From Myxococcota bacterium (lineage in GTDB: Bacteria; Myxococcota_A; UBA796; UBA2385), in contig JBIJDH010000003.1 in assembly GCA_044344255.1 (NCBI GenBank), positions 1 through 64,000 on the forward strand: 64,000 bases of DNA. The letters are read 5' to 3'. The notes beneath the pieces are model-generated. The model was not told where the DNA came from, ran no database searches, and saw nothing but the letters and a program-made list of their open reading frames with translations. The position numbers and the translations under genes were made by a program. Positions within the stretch are counted from its first letter, which is position 1. The number at the start of each line of letters is the position of its first letter. Shown here one piece after another: positions 49,384 to 58,998 of the stretch.

Positions 49384-50856
49384 ATGAACGGACAGGCCGG
49401 GTTGAACTTCGGGCAGGATCTCGCCAACTACATCGACGGGGCCTTCGTCCCTCCTGAGTCGGGGGCCTGGTTCGACAACATCGACCCTGCGCGCGCGCGC
49501 CGGATCGGCGGCGTACCGCGATCGGGGCCTGGCGACGTGGACCGCGCCGTCCGAGCGGCGAAGGCGGCGATGAGCGGGCCCTGGTCGCGCTTCACGGCGG
49601 GTCAGCGGGCTGACCTGCTCGACCGGGTCTCCGCCCGCCTCGCGGCGCGGGCCCCCGAGCTCGCCCGCCTGGAGAGCGAGGACACCGGCAAGCCGATCCG
49701 CGTGGCGAGCACCGTCGATATCCCTCGCGCCGTCGATAATTTCCGGTTCTTCGCGGGTGCTTTGCGGCACACCCGCACAGACTGTCACGCCACCGAGGGG
49801 GCCCTCAACTACACGCTGCGGCGCCCGGTGGGGGTCTGCGCGCTCATCACGCCCTGGAACCTCCCCTTGTACCTGCTCACCTGGAAGGTGGCTCCTGCGC
49901 TGGCGATGGGCAACGCGGTGGTGGTCAAGCCATCCGAGCTCACGCCGCGAACGGCCTCCGCCCTCGCGGAGGTGCTGCACGAGGAGGGCCTGCCGGCCGG
50001 CGTCTTCAACCTCGTGCACGGCACCGGCCCCGCCGTGGGCGCCCCGCTCACCGCGCACCCGCTTGTCTCCGCCGTCTCTTTCACGGGGGGCACCGCCACC
50101 GGCGCCCAGGTGGCGGCGGCGGCCTCGTCCACCTTCAAGAAGCTCAGCCTCGAGCTCGGCGGGAAGAACCCCACCCTGGTCTTCGCCGACTGTGACTTCG
50201 ATCGTACCGTCGAGGGCGCCGTGCGCGCGGGCTTCCTCAACCAGGGGCAGGTCTGCCTCTGCGGCTCCCGGCTCCTCATCGAGCGGCCGATCTACGAGCG
50301 CTTCCTCGCCGCCTTCGCCGCCCGGGTCGCCGCCATGAAGGTGGGAGATCCGGCCGATCCTGCCACAGAGCTCGGCGCCCTCGTCAGCGAGGCCCACCGG
50401 GAGAAGGTGGAGGGCTACGTCAACCTGGCCCGAGAGGAGGGCGGGCGGGTGCTCACGGGCGGCCTGCGGCCGCAGCTCGGCCCTGAGCTCGACCGAGGCG
50501 CCTTCCTCCGGCCCACGGTGGTCGACGGCCTCTCCCCCGCCTGCCGGAGCGCCACCGAGGAGATCTTCGGCCCCGTCGTCACCGCGCACCCCTTCGACAC
50601 CGAGGAGGAGGCCGTCGCCATCAGCAACAGCAGCCGCTACGGCCTCGCCGCCTCGGTGTGGACGCGCGACCTCGGCCGGGCCCACCGCGTCTCGGCGGCC
50701 CTGGAGACGGGGATGGTCTGGGTCAACACCTGGCTCAACCGCGACCTGCGCGTGCCCTTCGGCGGGATGAAGGACAGCGGGGTGGGCCGCGAGGGCGGCG
50801 AGTACTCGCTCGGCTTCTTCAGCGAAGCGCGGAACATCTGCGTGGCGCTGCCCTGA
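49384..50856 (+). CDS. Aldehyde dehydrogenase, 2-aminomuconate/2-hydroxymuconate semialdehyde dehydrogenase-like
   Basis: DIPRA..NFRFFA, ITPWNLPLYLLTWKVAPA, FTGGT, ELGGKNP, NQGQVCLCGSR, RDLRVPFGGMK.SG.GREGG. Confidence 0.88.
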   Translation: MNGQAGLNFGQDLANYIDGAFVPPESGAWFDNIDPARARRIGGVPRSGPGDVDRAVRAAKAAMSGPWSRFTAGQRADLLDRVSARLAARAPELARLESEDTGKPIRVASTVDIPRAVDNFRFFAGALRHTRTDCHATEGALNYTLRRPVGVCALITPWNLPLYLLTWKVAPALAMGNAVVVKPSELTPRTASALAEVLHEEGLPAGVFNLVHGTGPAVGAPLTAHPLVSAVSFTGGTATGAQVAAAASSTFKKLSLELGGKNPTLVFADCDFDRTVEGAVRAGFLNQGQVCLCGSRLLIERPIYERFLAAFAARVAAMKVGDPADPATELGALVSEAHREKVEGYVNLAREEGGRVLTGGLRPQLGPELDRGAFLRPTVVDGLSPACRSATEEIFGPVVTAHPFDTEEEAVAISNSSRYGLAASVWTRDLGRAHRVSAALETGMVWVNTWLNRDLRVPFGGMKDSGVGREGGEYSLGFFSEARNICVALP

Positions 50857-50897
50857 GCGGGGCCGCCCCTGGGCTGGGGCGTGATAGGCCCGCGGCC

Positions 50898-51671
50898 ATG
50901 TCTGGTCCCCGCGCCGTCCGTCCGCCCCGCCCGCCCCGTGAGATGAAGGTCTCCGGGGTCAACGCCGTGCTCGCCCTCTGGCGGGCCCGCCCCGCCGATC
51001 TGGTGCGGCTCTACGTCCGGGAGGACCGCACCCGCGAGCTGGGCGCGGCGCTGCACGACTGCGCGGCGCGGAAGATCGCCTACCATATGGTGACGGACGA
51101 AGACCTCGACAAGCTCTCCGAGAGCACGCACCACGAGGGGGTCGTCGCCCTCTGTCGCCTCCCTCCGCTGGTCGGGGACGCCGCCCTCCTCGAGCGCCTC
51201 GACGCCCGCGATCGGCGGCGCGAGGTCCTTCTCTGGCTCGACGGCGTGGGCAACCCGCACAACGTGGGCGCGCTGCTCCGCACCGCGGCGCACTTCGGCG
51301 TCGCCGCCGTGCTCGGGGTGGAGGGAGAGATGCCGGGCATCTCCCAAGCGCTGCTGCGGGTCTCGGAGGGGGGCGCCGAGCAGGTGCCGATCAGCCGCCT
51401 CGCGGACCCCGGGGGCACCCTCGATGCCCTGCGCGAGCGGGGCTACGTCCTCTTCGGCACCGACTCCCGCGCGGGGAATTCGCTCTACGGCGGGCGCCTC
51501 CCCGATCGCCTGATCATCGCGCTCGGCAACGAGGGGCAGGGGCTCTCTTCCCGCCTCGCCCGGCGCTGTGACCGTGTGCTGCACGTCCCCGGCAGCGGGC
51601 TCGTCGAGAGCGTGAACGTGGGCGTCGCCGGCGCCCTCATGCTCGGCGAGTGGTGGCGGCAGGGCGCTTAG
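50898..51671 (+). CDS. TrmH/SpoU family RNA methyltransferase
   Basis: HHEGV, LDGVGNPHNVGALLRTAAHFG, GNEGQGLS, VESVNVGVA. Confidence 0.92.
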   Translation: MSGPRAVRPPRPPREMKVSGVNAVLALWRARPADLVRLYVREDRTRELGAALHDCAARKIAYHMVTDEDLDKLSESTHHEGVVALCRLPPLVGDAALLERLDARDRRREVLLWLDGVGNPHNVGALLRTAAHFGVAAVLGVEGEMPGISQALLRVSEGGAEQVPISRLADPGGTLDALRERGYVLFGTDSRAGNSLYGGRLPDRLIIALGNEGQGLSSRLARRCDRVLHVPGSGLVESVNVGVAGALMLGEWWRQGA

Positions 51672-51674
51672 GCG

Positions 51675-52655
51675 ATGTCGCCCGCGCCGCTGCGCCTACC
51701 GGCCGATCTCCGGTCGGAGGGCTGGGTGGGCTACCAGGCCCCCCCTGGCCACGAGGAGCGCCTGATCGCCGACCTCGGCGACCAGGGGCAGTGGTTCGGC
51801 CCGCTCTACCTCGTGCCGGGGGGGTACCGGCCCTGCCCTTGGGCGGCCAACGTCTGGCTCGAGCCCGAGCTCCTGCCGATCCGCTCGGTCGGAGACGCAG
51901 CGAAGCAGCTCCGGGCGAAGCAGCGCAGCTGGTGGCCGCTCTCGGTGTCCTCTCACCGCCGCCTCGCCCTCATCACCGAGGCCCTCCCGCACGTCTCGGC
52001 CAAGCCGCTCCGCTTCGGCGAGGCCGCTCGTCGGAGCCCGCTGGGCGCCTTTACGCTGATCGACGAGGGCTTGTTGCTCGCCTCGGCCCGCTGCTCGAGC
52101 CCCTTCCCGAACGGGGACCTCCACCTCGTCGAGGACCGCGAGGGGCCGCCGAGCCGGGCCTACCTCAAGCTGTGGGAGGCGCTGACCCGCCTCGGCCGGG
52201 CCCCCACCGCAGGCGAGACCTGCCTCGAGCTCGGCGCCTGCCCCGGCGGCTGGACTTGGGTGCTGCTCGGCGGTGGGGCCGAGGTCACCGCCGTCGATCG
52301 CTCGCACCTTGATCCCCGCCTGATGGGCCACCCCCGCCTCGAGTTCGTGCAGGGGGACGCCTTCGCCCTTCACCCGGATCGCTGCCCGCGGGCCTGGGAC
52401 TGGCTGTTCTCCGACGTGATCTGCTACCCGGAGCGCCTCTACGAGTTCGTCACCGCCTGGATCGCCTCGGGGCGCGTCTCGAACTTCGTGTGCACGTTGA
52501 AGTTCCAAGGCGATGACCACTACGGCGTCATCCGCGACTTCGCGGCGATCCCCGGAGGGCATGTGCTGCACCTCTCTCACAACAAGCACGAGCTCACCTG
52601 GATGCGGCTCGATCCGGCGGTCGAGCCCCTCGGGGCGCTCCCCGCCTCCCGCTAG
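51675..52655 (+). CDS. RlmM/FtsJ-like SAM-dependent 2'-O-methyltransferase
   Basis: PPSRAYLKLWEA, ELGACPGGWTW, AVDR, GDAF, WLFSDVICYP, TLKF, HNKHE. Confidence 0.85.
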   Translation: MSPAPLRLPADLRSEGWVGYQAPPGHEERLIADLGDQGQWFGPLYLVPGGYRPCPWAANVWLEPELLPIRSVGDAAKQLRAKQRSWWPLSVSSHRRLALITEALPHVSAKPLRFGEAARRSPLGAFTLIDEGLLLASARCSSPFPNGDLHLVEDREGPPSRAYLKLWEALTRLGRAPTAGETCLELGACPGGWTWVLLGGGAEVTAVDRSHLDPRLMGHPRLEFVQGDAFALHPDRCPRAWDWLFSDVICYPERLYEFVTAWIASGRVSNFVCTLKFQGDDHYGVIRDFAAIPGGHVLHLSHNKHELTWMRLDPAVEPLGALPASR

Positions 52656-52967
52656 GCGGCGCGGCGAGGCGCGATGGGGCGAGGGGGGCTTACCCTTCGA
52701 GGGGAGCCCACGGCCGCGTGAAAGCGATCGAAAGCGACGAGGGTTCCGCCACGGGAGCGTGGAACACCTTGCGTTCGAGCGTTAACTTTCGGGGTGTGTC
52801 GTCGGCTTTCCTATCCGACACCTGGGGGCGAGCTCCTGGGAGCCCGTACGGCGGGCCGCTATCTTTTCTTTCTAGGCCCTCCGTCTCCTCCGTACCCGGC
52901 ACGCCGGATCGCCCTCTTCGCGGGTCCGTCGCGACCGGGTACGGGGGAGGCCTCTCGGCGACCTCGG

Positions 52968-55262
52968 ATGCCCGTGAACACTGAGACCTTGCAGCAAACC
53001 TGGGCGGAGGGGCCCGGCGTCACCGTCGGCGGTGCCTGCCCGTCCGCGCCGAGGGCCGAGCTCCTGGCCGGTCGGTACCAGCTCGGTCGGGAGATCGGGC
53101 GGGGCGGCAACGGCGTCGTGGTGGAGGGGATCGATCAGCTCACCGGGGAGCGCGTGGCGGTGAAGCGGGTGCGCGCCGGCTCACCCGCTGAGCTGCGCCT
53201 CGCCCGCCGTGAGGTCGCCTCGCTGCGCTGGCTCGATCTCCCCGGCGTGGCCCACCTCCTCGACGACGGCATCGAGGCTGGGGAGTGGTACCTCGTGATG
53301 GACTTCGTCGAGGGCAGCGCCTTCCCCGACGGAGATCGTGTCTGGCGCTGGGATGAGCTCGAAGGGCCCGCTGTCCAGCTCCTCGATGTCCTCGAGCGTG
53401 TGCACGAGGCGGGCATCTTCCACGGTGACCTCAAGCCCGGCAACGTGCGGCTGCGGCCGGATGGGCGGATCGTCGTGCTCGACTTCGGCATCGCGGCCGG
53501 GCGGGCGCTGCCCAGCCGTGGGCCCGATCCCCTCGCAGGCACCCTCCACTACATGTCCCCCGAGCGGCTCCGCGGGGCGCCCCTCGACGCTCGCGTCGAC
53601 CTCTACGCCATCGGGCAGATGCTCCACGACGCGCTCACCGGCGATGGGCGGGAGAAGCTCGAGGTGCGACCGGGGCTGCCCGTGGAGGTCGTCGAGCTCG
53701 TGCGCGCCCTCTTCGCCCGCCGCCCGGAGGATCGCCCGGAGAGCGCGGAGGCGGCCCTGGCGCGCCTCGGCCACCCCCCGGTGCGGCTCACCGACGGCCT
53801 CTGCCCCGGCCGACCCTGGGACGAGGCGGCCCTCCGCGCGCTCTTCGCCGGCCCCGACGCCTTCCTGCACCTGCGCGAAGACGCCGCGCGGGTGCTCTGG
53901 CAGCGGGCGGGCCGCACACCGGCGGCGGTGGAGGCGGAGCTCCAGCGGTGGGTCCGGGCGGGGCTCGCGCGACCGGAGGGCGGCAAGGTGGTGATCGATC
54001 GGCTGGCGATCGAGCTCTTGGAGGATCGACCCCAGGAGCGGCGCCTCCGCGCGCTGCTCCGCGCGCGGGCCTCGGGGGAGGAGACGGTCACCGAGGTGCT
54101 CGCGGTGGCCGGGCGCTGGATGCGGAACGGGCAGCCGCGGCGAGGCTTGTCGACCCTGCTGCTGGGCCTGGACGTGGCCCGGCGGGAGCAGCTGGTCGAG
54201 GTCGAGGAGGCCCTCCTGTTGAGCATCGCCGCCGCGGCGATGTCGGAGCAGCGGCGGCCGCCGATCCGCCGGGCGCGCGTGGAGATCGCCCGCTCCGGGC
54301 TCTCGAGCGCCGCCCTCGACGGCGCGGACCGCATCCTGCACGCCCTCGACGCCGACCTGTGTGGAACGGTGGCCCTCGTCCCTGCCTTGGTGGGCGGACT
54401 GCCGACCCACCCGAATGAAGAGCTCGAGATCTGGCGGGCCGGCCTCCTCGTGCGCGCGGGGCGCCTCCCCGCCTCCGAGGAGCATCGCCTCATCGGCCTC
54501 GAGGGCTGGGCCAGCACCCCCCGCCGTCGGGCCCGCTGGCTGGCCTGGCAGGGCAACTTCAAGTACCTGCAGGGCGACTACCCGAGCGCGGCGGCGATGC
54601 ACCTCGAGTCCTCCGCCCTCCGCGAGACCCGCCACGAGTACATCGTGTCTACCTTGAACGCCGCCGAAGCTCACATCGACGCGGCCGCGCTGGACGAGGC
54701 CGCGAGCCTCGCCCAGGCTGCACGGTTTGAGGCGGCGCGTGGGCGATTGCCGCGTGAAGAGGTGCGCGCCACCACCCTCGTGCGCTCGGCCCGCCTCCGG
54801 GCCCGTAAGCCCCAGGTCGCCGCGCCCGAGCTCGCCGAGGCCGCGCTGCAGGTGGACCTCTTCGAAGGCGCGAAGCTCGCGCTGGTCGAGGCGGTGGTGG
54901 CGTGGGACGCGGGAGACCCGGCAGGAGTGCGGGGCCTCGCGCTCCGCGCGGCGGAGGCCTTCGAGCGGGTCGGTCGCCTGCTCCCCGGCTTGCTCGGGCG
55001 CGGGCTGGCCTGTGCGGCAGGCGCTTCGGTGGAAGGCCTGCTGCAGGCCGTCACCCGGGCGCCGCTGGAGCAGGCACCCGCCATCGGCGTGCAGATCTAC
55101 GGCCTGCTGGCCCTCGGCGGACACGCGTTGACGGTGGCCGAGCATGACCGGGCGGCGCGACTCGCTGCCAGCTGGCCGCTCGAACGCTGGGATGAACGCA
55201 GAGAGGTCCTCAGTGTGCGAGAATCCCTCGCCGCTCTTTCCGTTGCGTCGGGCTCCGACTGA
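52968..55262 (+). CDS. Hanks-type Ser/Thr protein kinase with a C-terminal helical (TPR-like) region
   Basis: RYQLGREIGRGGNG.V, VAVK, HGDLKPGNV, DFG, GTLHYMSPE, DLYAIG; Ala/Leu-rich helical C-terminus. Confidence 0.88.
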   Translation: MPVNTETLQQTWAEGPGVTVGGACPSAPRAELLAGRYQLGREIGRGGNGVVVEGIDQLTGERVAVKRVRAGSPAELRLARREVASLRWLDLPGVAHLLDDGIEAGEWYLVMDFVEGSAFPDGDRVWRWDELEGPAVQLLDVLERVHEAGIFHGDLKPGNVRLRPDGRIVVLDFGIAAGRALPSRGPDPLAGTLHYMSPERLRGAPLDARVDLYAIGQMLHDALTGDGREKLEVRPGLPVEVVELVRALFARRPEDRPESAEAALARLGHPPVRLTDGLCPGRPWDEAALRALFAGPDAFLHLREDAARVLWQRAGRTPAAVEAELQRWVRAGLARPEGGKVVIDRLAIELLEDRPQERRLRALLRARASGEETVTEVLAVAGRWMRNGQPRRGLSTLLLGLDVARREQLVEVEEALLLSIAAAAMSEQRRPPIRRARVEIARSGLSSAALDGADRILHALDADLCGTVALVPALVGGLPTHPNEELEIWRAGLLVRAGRLPASEEHRLIGLEGWASTPRRRARWLAWQGNFKYLQGDYPSAAAMHLESSALRETRHEYIVSTLNAAEAHIDAAALDEAASLAQAARFEAARGRLPREEVRATTLVRSARLRARKPQVAAPELAEAALQVDLFEGAKLALVEAVVAWDAGDPAGVRGLALRAAEAFERVGRLLPGLLGRGLACAAGASVEGLLQAVTRAPLEQAPAIGVQIYGLLALGGHALTVAEHDRAARLAASWPLERWDERREVLSVRESLAALSVASGSD

Positions 55263-55353
55263 GCCGCGCGCGGCGCTCACCCTCCAACGGCCTCTCGAAT
55301 GAGGGCCGCCCCCCACTCCAAACGCCGCGAGCCTCGGCGATCACGGGTCCACC

Positions 55354-56100
55354 ATGACGAAAGTCTTGCTCACGAGCAACCCCCTACGCGTGGTCGGCGC
55401 CGCGCTTCGAGGCCCCGAGATCTTCGAGGGGTCCTACGTCGTCCAGAAGATCCCCACGGCGACCGAATTCGAGCCGCTGGGGCAGATCTTCGCCTACAAC
55501 CGCACCGTCTCGGGTGGCGCCCCGACCTATGAGGAGAACTGGACGACCAACGAGCCCACCCTGGCACAAGGTAATTTTGTGGCCGCGGCCAACGTCCCGC
55601 CGCCCAGCCCCGCCTACCTGACGGCGAACACGGGCTTTCAGCTCGTCGAGATGGGCGGCGCCGACGCTTGGGAGATTGAACGCCAGCGTCTGCTGAACCC
55701 ACCTTCCCCCATCACGTCCATCCGCAGGCTCCACTCCCGTCAGGAGGCGAAGTGGGTGGCGGTGGCGCAGAACGCGCAGCCGAACGCTGTCTCCTACAAC
55801 AATGTCAATGGGCCTTTCGGTTTCGAAGTGCGTAACCTCAGCAAGCTCCCCAACTCCATCGTGGTGAATATCCGTCGCGGCTTCCTCATCCGCACCGTGG
55901 TCAACACTGTGTGGCACGACGTCTGGTACCTCTACGGAAGCTACCAGGCGCCTCGGGGCGGCACGGTCGCGAACGGTGGGCTGATCACCCGGGTCCAGGC
56001 TCCCTCGGGGCAAACCAGCGGCACCTTCAGCTTTGGGGAGCCCGTCGCCTGGACGATCGACATCACGTACGCCTGGAGCGTGCTCGACAGTAATAGCTGA
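55354..56100 (+). CDS. Orphan hypothetical protein (beta-rich, Asn/Thr/Val-rich)
   Basis: 248-aa ORF filling the gap between the kinase and the protease, with globular-protein composition unlike shadow ORFs. Confidence 0.75.
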   Translation: MTKVLLTSNPLRVVGAALRGPEIFEGSYVVQKIPTATEFEPLGQIFAYNRTVSGGAPTYEENWTTNEPTLAQGNFVAAANVPPPSPAYLTANTGFQLVEMGGADAWEIERQRLLNPPSPITSIRRLHSRQEAKWVAVAQNAQPNAVSYNNVNGPFGFEVRNLSKLPNSIVVNIRRGFLIRTVVNTVWHDVWYLYGSYQAPRGGTVANGGLITRVQAPSGQTSGTFSFGEPVAWTIDITYAWSVLDSNS

Positions 56101-56149
56101 GTTCTCAGGCGTATCAAGTTTGGCCTGTTTCGCGTTGAGGTGTGTTCAC

Positions 56150-58366
56150 ATGGCTCGTCGTCCAGTCTCTGCGGGTGCGCCTGCTGTCCCGACTCCGCCT
56201 TCATCCTCCGTCTTCGAGGCGACCGCGCTCCGCAGCGTGCTGCTGCGCTTGCCCGGCGAGCGGCGGGGCCGCCGGCTCACGTCCGATGAGCTGTTCCGGG
56301 CGGAGAACCGCCGGATCTTGGAGCTCGGTCGGACGTTCGCCGCCTACTACGAGGCGGACGCCCTCGAGCCGGCGGTGCATCGGCCGGTGTTCGCCGATGA
56401 GGTCGTGCTCACGCTCTCGGTGTGGCGCCGCGGGGGTGGCCCGGGTCGCCTCCGCATCCGCGTCGGTGATCTCCGCGGGGATGGCCCCCTCTCGCGGCCG
56501 CAGCTCCGGCGCGCCCGCGAGAGCCTGCGCGCGGGGAGGCTCGTGGGGTCCTTCCCCCGTCAGCCGCGCCGCTCGGACACCCTCGCCCAGCAGGCGCGTC
56601 GCCACGTCTCTGAGCTCGTCGTGGAGCCCGTCGTCCGCTCTTCGCGCGACCTCCGCGGGGCGCTGCGCAGCGGCGGTGAGCTGCTGGGCGGGTGGCTCCG
56701 CGTGCGGTGCTCGAACCGGGCCGACGCCCACAAGGTGGTGCGCATCCTCGAGGACCACCCCGGGGTGGCCGAGTGCTTCTTGGAGAGCTCCACCGCCCGG
56801 TTCCGCCGCGGGAGCGCGGACGGCGGGGGCGACGACGCGGAGGCCCTCGACTTCGCCTTCGAGGGCGGCGTCACGGAGGGGAGCCCCCGCCTCGCCCAGC
56901 GGTATCGGTTCGCCGCGCCCGAAGGGGTGGGGGCCGACGTGCTGGACGTGCTGTCGGTCCCGGGTGGCGATGGCGCGGGGGTCCACGTCGTCGACGTGGA
57001 GGAGGGCTGGTGGCAGGGCAAGCCGCTGATCGCCAAGGGCGCCAAGAAGAAGGGGAGTGGAGGGATGCGGGTGATCGGGCGAGTCGGCGGTCACCCCGAC
57101 CTCCCGCTGGCCGATGAGACCGAGCCCCCGAGCGTGCAGGGCGCCGCGGCTTGGCACGGCGCGCGGGTGATCGGCGTGATCTCCAGCCGAGCGGACGGTG
57201 CGGACAGTGGCATCCTCGGCCTCGCGCCTGCGGCCTCGCTCGGCCTCGTCGGGGCCTTCGCCGCGTCGCCAGGCGGCGAGATCGAGGGGGCCTACGAGGA
57301 TGACGTGACAGGCGCCCTCGCCCACGTGCTCGAGCAGGTCGTGTCCTCGGACCGGCCCTTCGTCGTGCTGCTCGAGGTCCAGACCTACAACCCCGACCAC
57401 CCCGAGGACCCCGCCCACATCGGCCCCGTCGTGCTCCGCACCGACGTGCGCTCCGCGGTGAGCGCCCTCGTGGAGGCCGGCGCTGTGGTCGTCATCGCCA
57501 GCGGGAACCGGTCCCTGGCCACGCTGGGGGACCGGCCCGAGGAAGCCAATTTCGACGGTGATCTCGTCCGCGAGCTGCGGCAGGGGCGCTCGGCCACGCT
57601 CCGCGTCCGGGACCTCGACATCGGCGGCGGGGGCCTGCTCGTCACCTCGGGGGTCTGGGATCGTGCGGCGGGGCGGTGGCTCCGCAAGGCCGAGTCTGTG
57701 TTCGGCCAGGAGGTCGAGCTCTTCGCCCACGGAGCGGGGGTGCTCACCACGGACTTCCGCGTGTCTACCGAGGACGGCACCGTGTCCCGCGACGCCCGGC
57801 TGACCGACCAGTTCGCCGACACCTCGGCCGCCGCCGCCATCGTCGCCGGCGCGGCCGCGGTGGCCTGCTCGCTCGGGCTGGCGGCGGGCCGCCGGCTGAG
57901 CTCGGCTCACGTTCGGGCGCTCTTCGCACAGAGCGAGACCCTCGGCTACACCCGCGGGACCGTCGACCGGCCGACGGAGTGGGTCCCTGCCTTCAAGATG
58001 CCAGACCTCGTCCGGATCGCGGCCTCGCTCGAGCTCTTGCCGGGCCTCCGCATCCGGGGAGCCGCGCAGGGTGGACGTGCGGTGACGGTCGAGCTCGTGA
58101 GCGGGGAGGGGTCGGCGCAGGGGCTCTCCCTCACGGCGTACGGGCCGGCGGGGCGGGTCGCCACAACCCCCCTCCGCGGCGCCGGTTCGGTCACCCTCGT
58201 GGGCGAGATCACGAAGGTGCTCCTCCACTTTGGAGAGACGCCCGCCGCCAGCCACCCGGCGCTCGATCCCCGGAGCGCGTCCTGGCGCGAGCTCGTGGAT
58301 CGGGGCCTCGCCTTGGCCCTCACGGGCTCGGCCTTCCAGGGTGGCGGGGGCGCGGCGGCGCGCTGA
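56150..58366 (+). CDS. S8 (subtilisin-like) serine peptidase with a long N-terminal extension and no signal peptide
   Basis: GAGVHVVDVE (Asp), WHGARVIGVI (His), VIASGN (oxyanion Asn), FADTSAAAAIVAG (Ser); GAGGTG RBS. Confidence 0.82.
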   Translation: MARRPVSAGAPAVPTPPSSSVFEATALRSVLLRLPGERRGRRLTSDELFRAENRRILELGRTFAAYYEADALEPAVHRPVFADEVVLTLSVWRRGGGPGRLRIRVGDLRGDGPLSRPQLRRARESLRAGRLVGSFPRQPRRSDTLAQQARRHVSELVVEPVVRSSRDLRGALRSGGELLGGWLRVRCSNRADAHKVVRILEDHPGVAECFLESSTARFRRGSADGGGDDAEALDFAFEGGVTEGSPRLAQRYRFAAPEGVGADVLDVLSVPGGDGAGVHVVDVEEGWWQGKPLIAKGAKKKGSGGMRVIGRVGGHPDLPLADETEPPSVQGAAAWHGARVIGVISSRADGADSGILGLAPAASLGLVGAFAASPGGEIEGAYEDDVTGALAHVLEQVVSSDRPFVVLLEVQTYNPDHPEDPAHIGPVVLRTDVRSAVSALVEAGAVVVIASGNRSLATLGDRPEEANFDGDLVRELRQGRSATLRVRDLDIGGGGLLVTSGVWDRAAGRWLRKAESVFGQEVELFAHGAGVLTTDFRVSTEDGTVSRDARLTDQFADTSAAAAIVAGAAAVACSLGLAAGRRLSSAHVRALFAQSETLGYTRGTVDRPTEWVPAFKMPDLVRIAASLELLPGLRIRGAAQGGRAVTVELVSGEGSAQGLSLTAYGPAGRVATTPLRGAGSVTLVGEITKVLLHFGETPAASHPALDPRSASWRELVDRGLALALTGSAFQGGGGAAAR

Positions 58367-58381
58367 GCGCCCCCTGGGGGC

Positions 58382-58843
58382 TCAGGTGCCGGGCGCGCCG
58401 GCCGGTGCTTCACCGACCCCAAAGGCCACGATGCGGGCGCGCAGGTCCTCGGGGATGCGCACCGGCCGGAACCAGTCGGGGGCGCCGGGCTGGAGGCCGA
58501 TCATCACCACACGGCTGAGGCCGGTCGCGCGGAGGGCGAGGTCCGCGCCGACGACCCGGAAGTCGAGGCGGAGGCTGCTCCCGCCCAGCTCGCCCACGCG
58601 GAGCTCGACCGTGAGCCGCTCTCCTGGGCGACAGGGGCGCTTGTAGTCGGCCTCGGCGTGGGCGGAGGGGAAGCCGTGGCGCTCCAAGACCTGAGCATAG
58701 GGGAGGCCTAGGGCCTCGCCGAACCAGGCCTCCATCGCTTGATGGAACCAGTCGAAGTAGCGGGGGAAGTACACGACGCCGGCGGGGTCACACTCCCCGA
58801 AGGTGACGGTGCGGGCGTGCCGGAAGGGGCTCCGTTGGGGCAT
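58382..58843 (-). CDS. Acyl-CoA thioesterase (4HBT/YbgC hot-dog fold)
   Basis: VTFGECDPAGVVYFPRYFDWF, ADYKRP, GGSSL. Confidence 0.9.
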   Translation of the reverse strand: MPQRSPFRHARTVTFGECDPAGVVYFPRYFDWFHQAMEAWFGEALGLPYAQVLERHGFPSAHAEADYKRPCRPGERLTVELRVGELGGSSLRLDFRVVGADLALRATGLSRVVMIGLQPGAPDWFRPVRIPEDLRARIVAFGVGEAPAGAPGT

Positions 58844-58998
58844 GGGGGCGTCCGGGAACGGGAGTATCGGCTGACGGGAGGCGGCCGGGGCAGTGGGGCA
58901 TTATCATCGGCGGCCCGGTAGACGGTCGGGGTGTCGCGCACGGCGCCGGACCCCCACCGAGCCGCCGCTGGGCGCTGACCTGGACCTTGGAGCCTTCG

